This document shows positions 63,076 to 64,000 of a DNA stretch of 64,000 nucleotides, in pieces; the stretch's first letter is position 1, and each line of letters starts with the position of its first letter. Source of the stretch: Anthoceros angustus. Its lineage: Eukaryota > Plantae > Anthocerotophyta. The notes beneath the pieces were generated by a model that saw only the letters and a list, made by a program, of their open reading frames with translations, was not told the DNA's origin and did not search any database. Location of the stretch: positions 186,001 through 250,000 of the forward strand of contig MU008203.1 of NCBI GenBank assembly GCA_010909165.1, in the 5' to 3' direction. A program made the translations under genes and the position numbers.

Positions 63076-63147
63076 GCACTGGTGGTTAGGTGGTGGCGAG
63101 CTTGGTCCCCGCAAGAGCACGGCCGAGTTCGATCCCCGGTCACTGCG
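63076..63147 (+). pseudogene. tRNA-Gly(CCC)-like remnant / possible SINE head
   Basis: 72 nt GCACTGGTGGTTAGGTGG...CTTG GTCCCCG CAAG...CCGAGTTCGATCCCCGG TCACTGCG; A-box and B-box present, mismatched stems, no poly-T terminator right behind. Confidence 0.55.
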
Positions 63148-64000
63148 TAGACCCGCAATCGACGGTACGCACATATCTAAAACTTTCCTGGCTTCACTTC
63201 CTTCCGAAGTAAAGTTCCATTACAAAAAGAAAACATGGGAAAGGGAAAGCGAGCTTGCCGATGTAATGGGGCTGCATGCTACTGATGAGTTGCGTTGTGG
63301 GCACGAAGACTTGTACTGCACGCGGGGGCAGGCGCATCCGTGATTTGGAATGTCCTGCTCCCGACTTGAGTCTCATACCCGAGCCTCGAGGTGGTGTGGT
63401 TATGTGTGGACGAGTCCCGAGTCCCGAGTCGTCCCGACTGCCCGGCCTGCCGTGCGTCCAAGGCCAGCCTTGGCCACATGGTGAGATATTCATTCAGCTC
63501 CACATTCGCATGTGCGCTTCTGTCACATGAGCCTGGCCAAGGTGAAGTGGTGAAGTTGGAATGTGGAGACGCAAGTTGCAGTCGAAGGAGGCCCCGCCCC
63601 AGCGCCCGGACGCCCGGACTGGTCATGACAAATTGACAATGCCATGACATGGAGCAGCGGATCGGATAATTAAAAAAGAAAAAAAGCACGGATTCTGATA
63701 CGGTCCCGCCAACCGGGTCGAATGCGAATGCGAATCCAGTGCCCGAATATAATAAAAGCCGGGTCCGTGATGCGGTCGGGACTCGGGATGCGTGAAAGCA
63801 AGTACACATAAGCGGGGGCCCGCCGGTGCCGGAGCCTGTGAGGCGTGGTGCGCTGCCGACTCCGACCCATAGACCGACTCGCACTTGCCTCTGGAGGACG
63901 CCTCTTGCGTCTTGCTTTTTTCATCTCATTCCGGACCCAAATCATTTCGTCATGGGACTGATAACAGATAACTAGGCTGGGATTCTCATCCGTGAGAGGG

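Noticed and set aside
63400-63800. cccgag/ctcggg-rich inverted motifs suggesting a hAT MITE (similar motifs near 55500-55700)
   Set aside because: No clear TIR pair or TSD could be defined by eye

Overview
This is eukaryotic nuclear DNA from a land plant with compact genes and ~100-bp GT-AG introns. A bryophyte or lycophyte (e.g. hornwort) fits, but the taxon is not verified. 1-21 kb is an accessory, duplication- and TE-rich region. It holds three tandem MYND-zinc-finger/DUF4470-type genes, a 7-kb composite Mutator-like element with two dead transposases inside nested inverted repeats, and a two-exon gene whose C-terminal domain looks like a HicA-type toxin RNase fold, next to a truncated pseudogene copy of it. 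21-29 kb is a compact conserved block: L-type lectin receptor (pseudo)kinase, methionyl-tRNA formyltransferase, PP4R2 and IspF. 31-43.5 kb is a nested TE stack: CRE-like RLE non-LTR fragments, a full-length Ty1/copia with TG...TA LTRs and an extra ORF behind the PBS, and a CACTA end. 43.5-64 kb holds an F-box gene, a small Tat-type plastid protein, two uncharacterised genes, a TM-UIM-HECT E3 ligase and a tRNA-Gly-like remnant. Caveat: 37-61 kb contains several near-identical tandem duplications with complementary 1-bp indels and microhomology junctions. These look like long-read consensus/assembly artefacts, so frameshifts there should not be taken as real. Family assignments come from motif recognition by eye; no searches were run.
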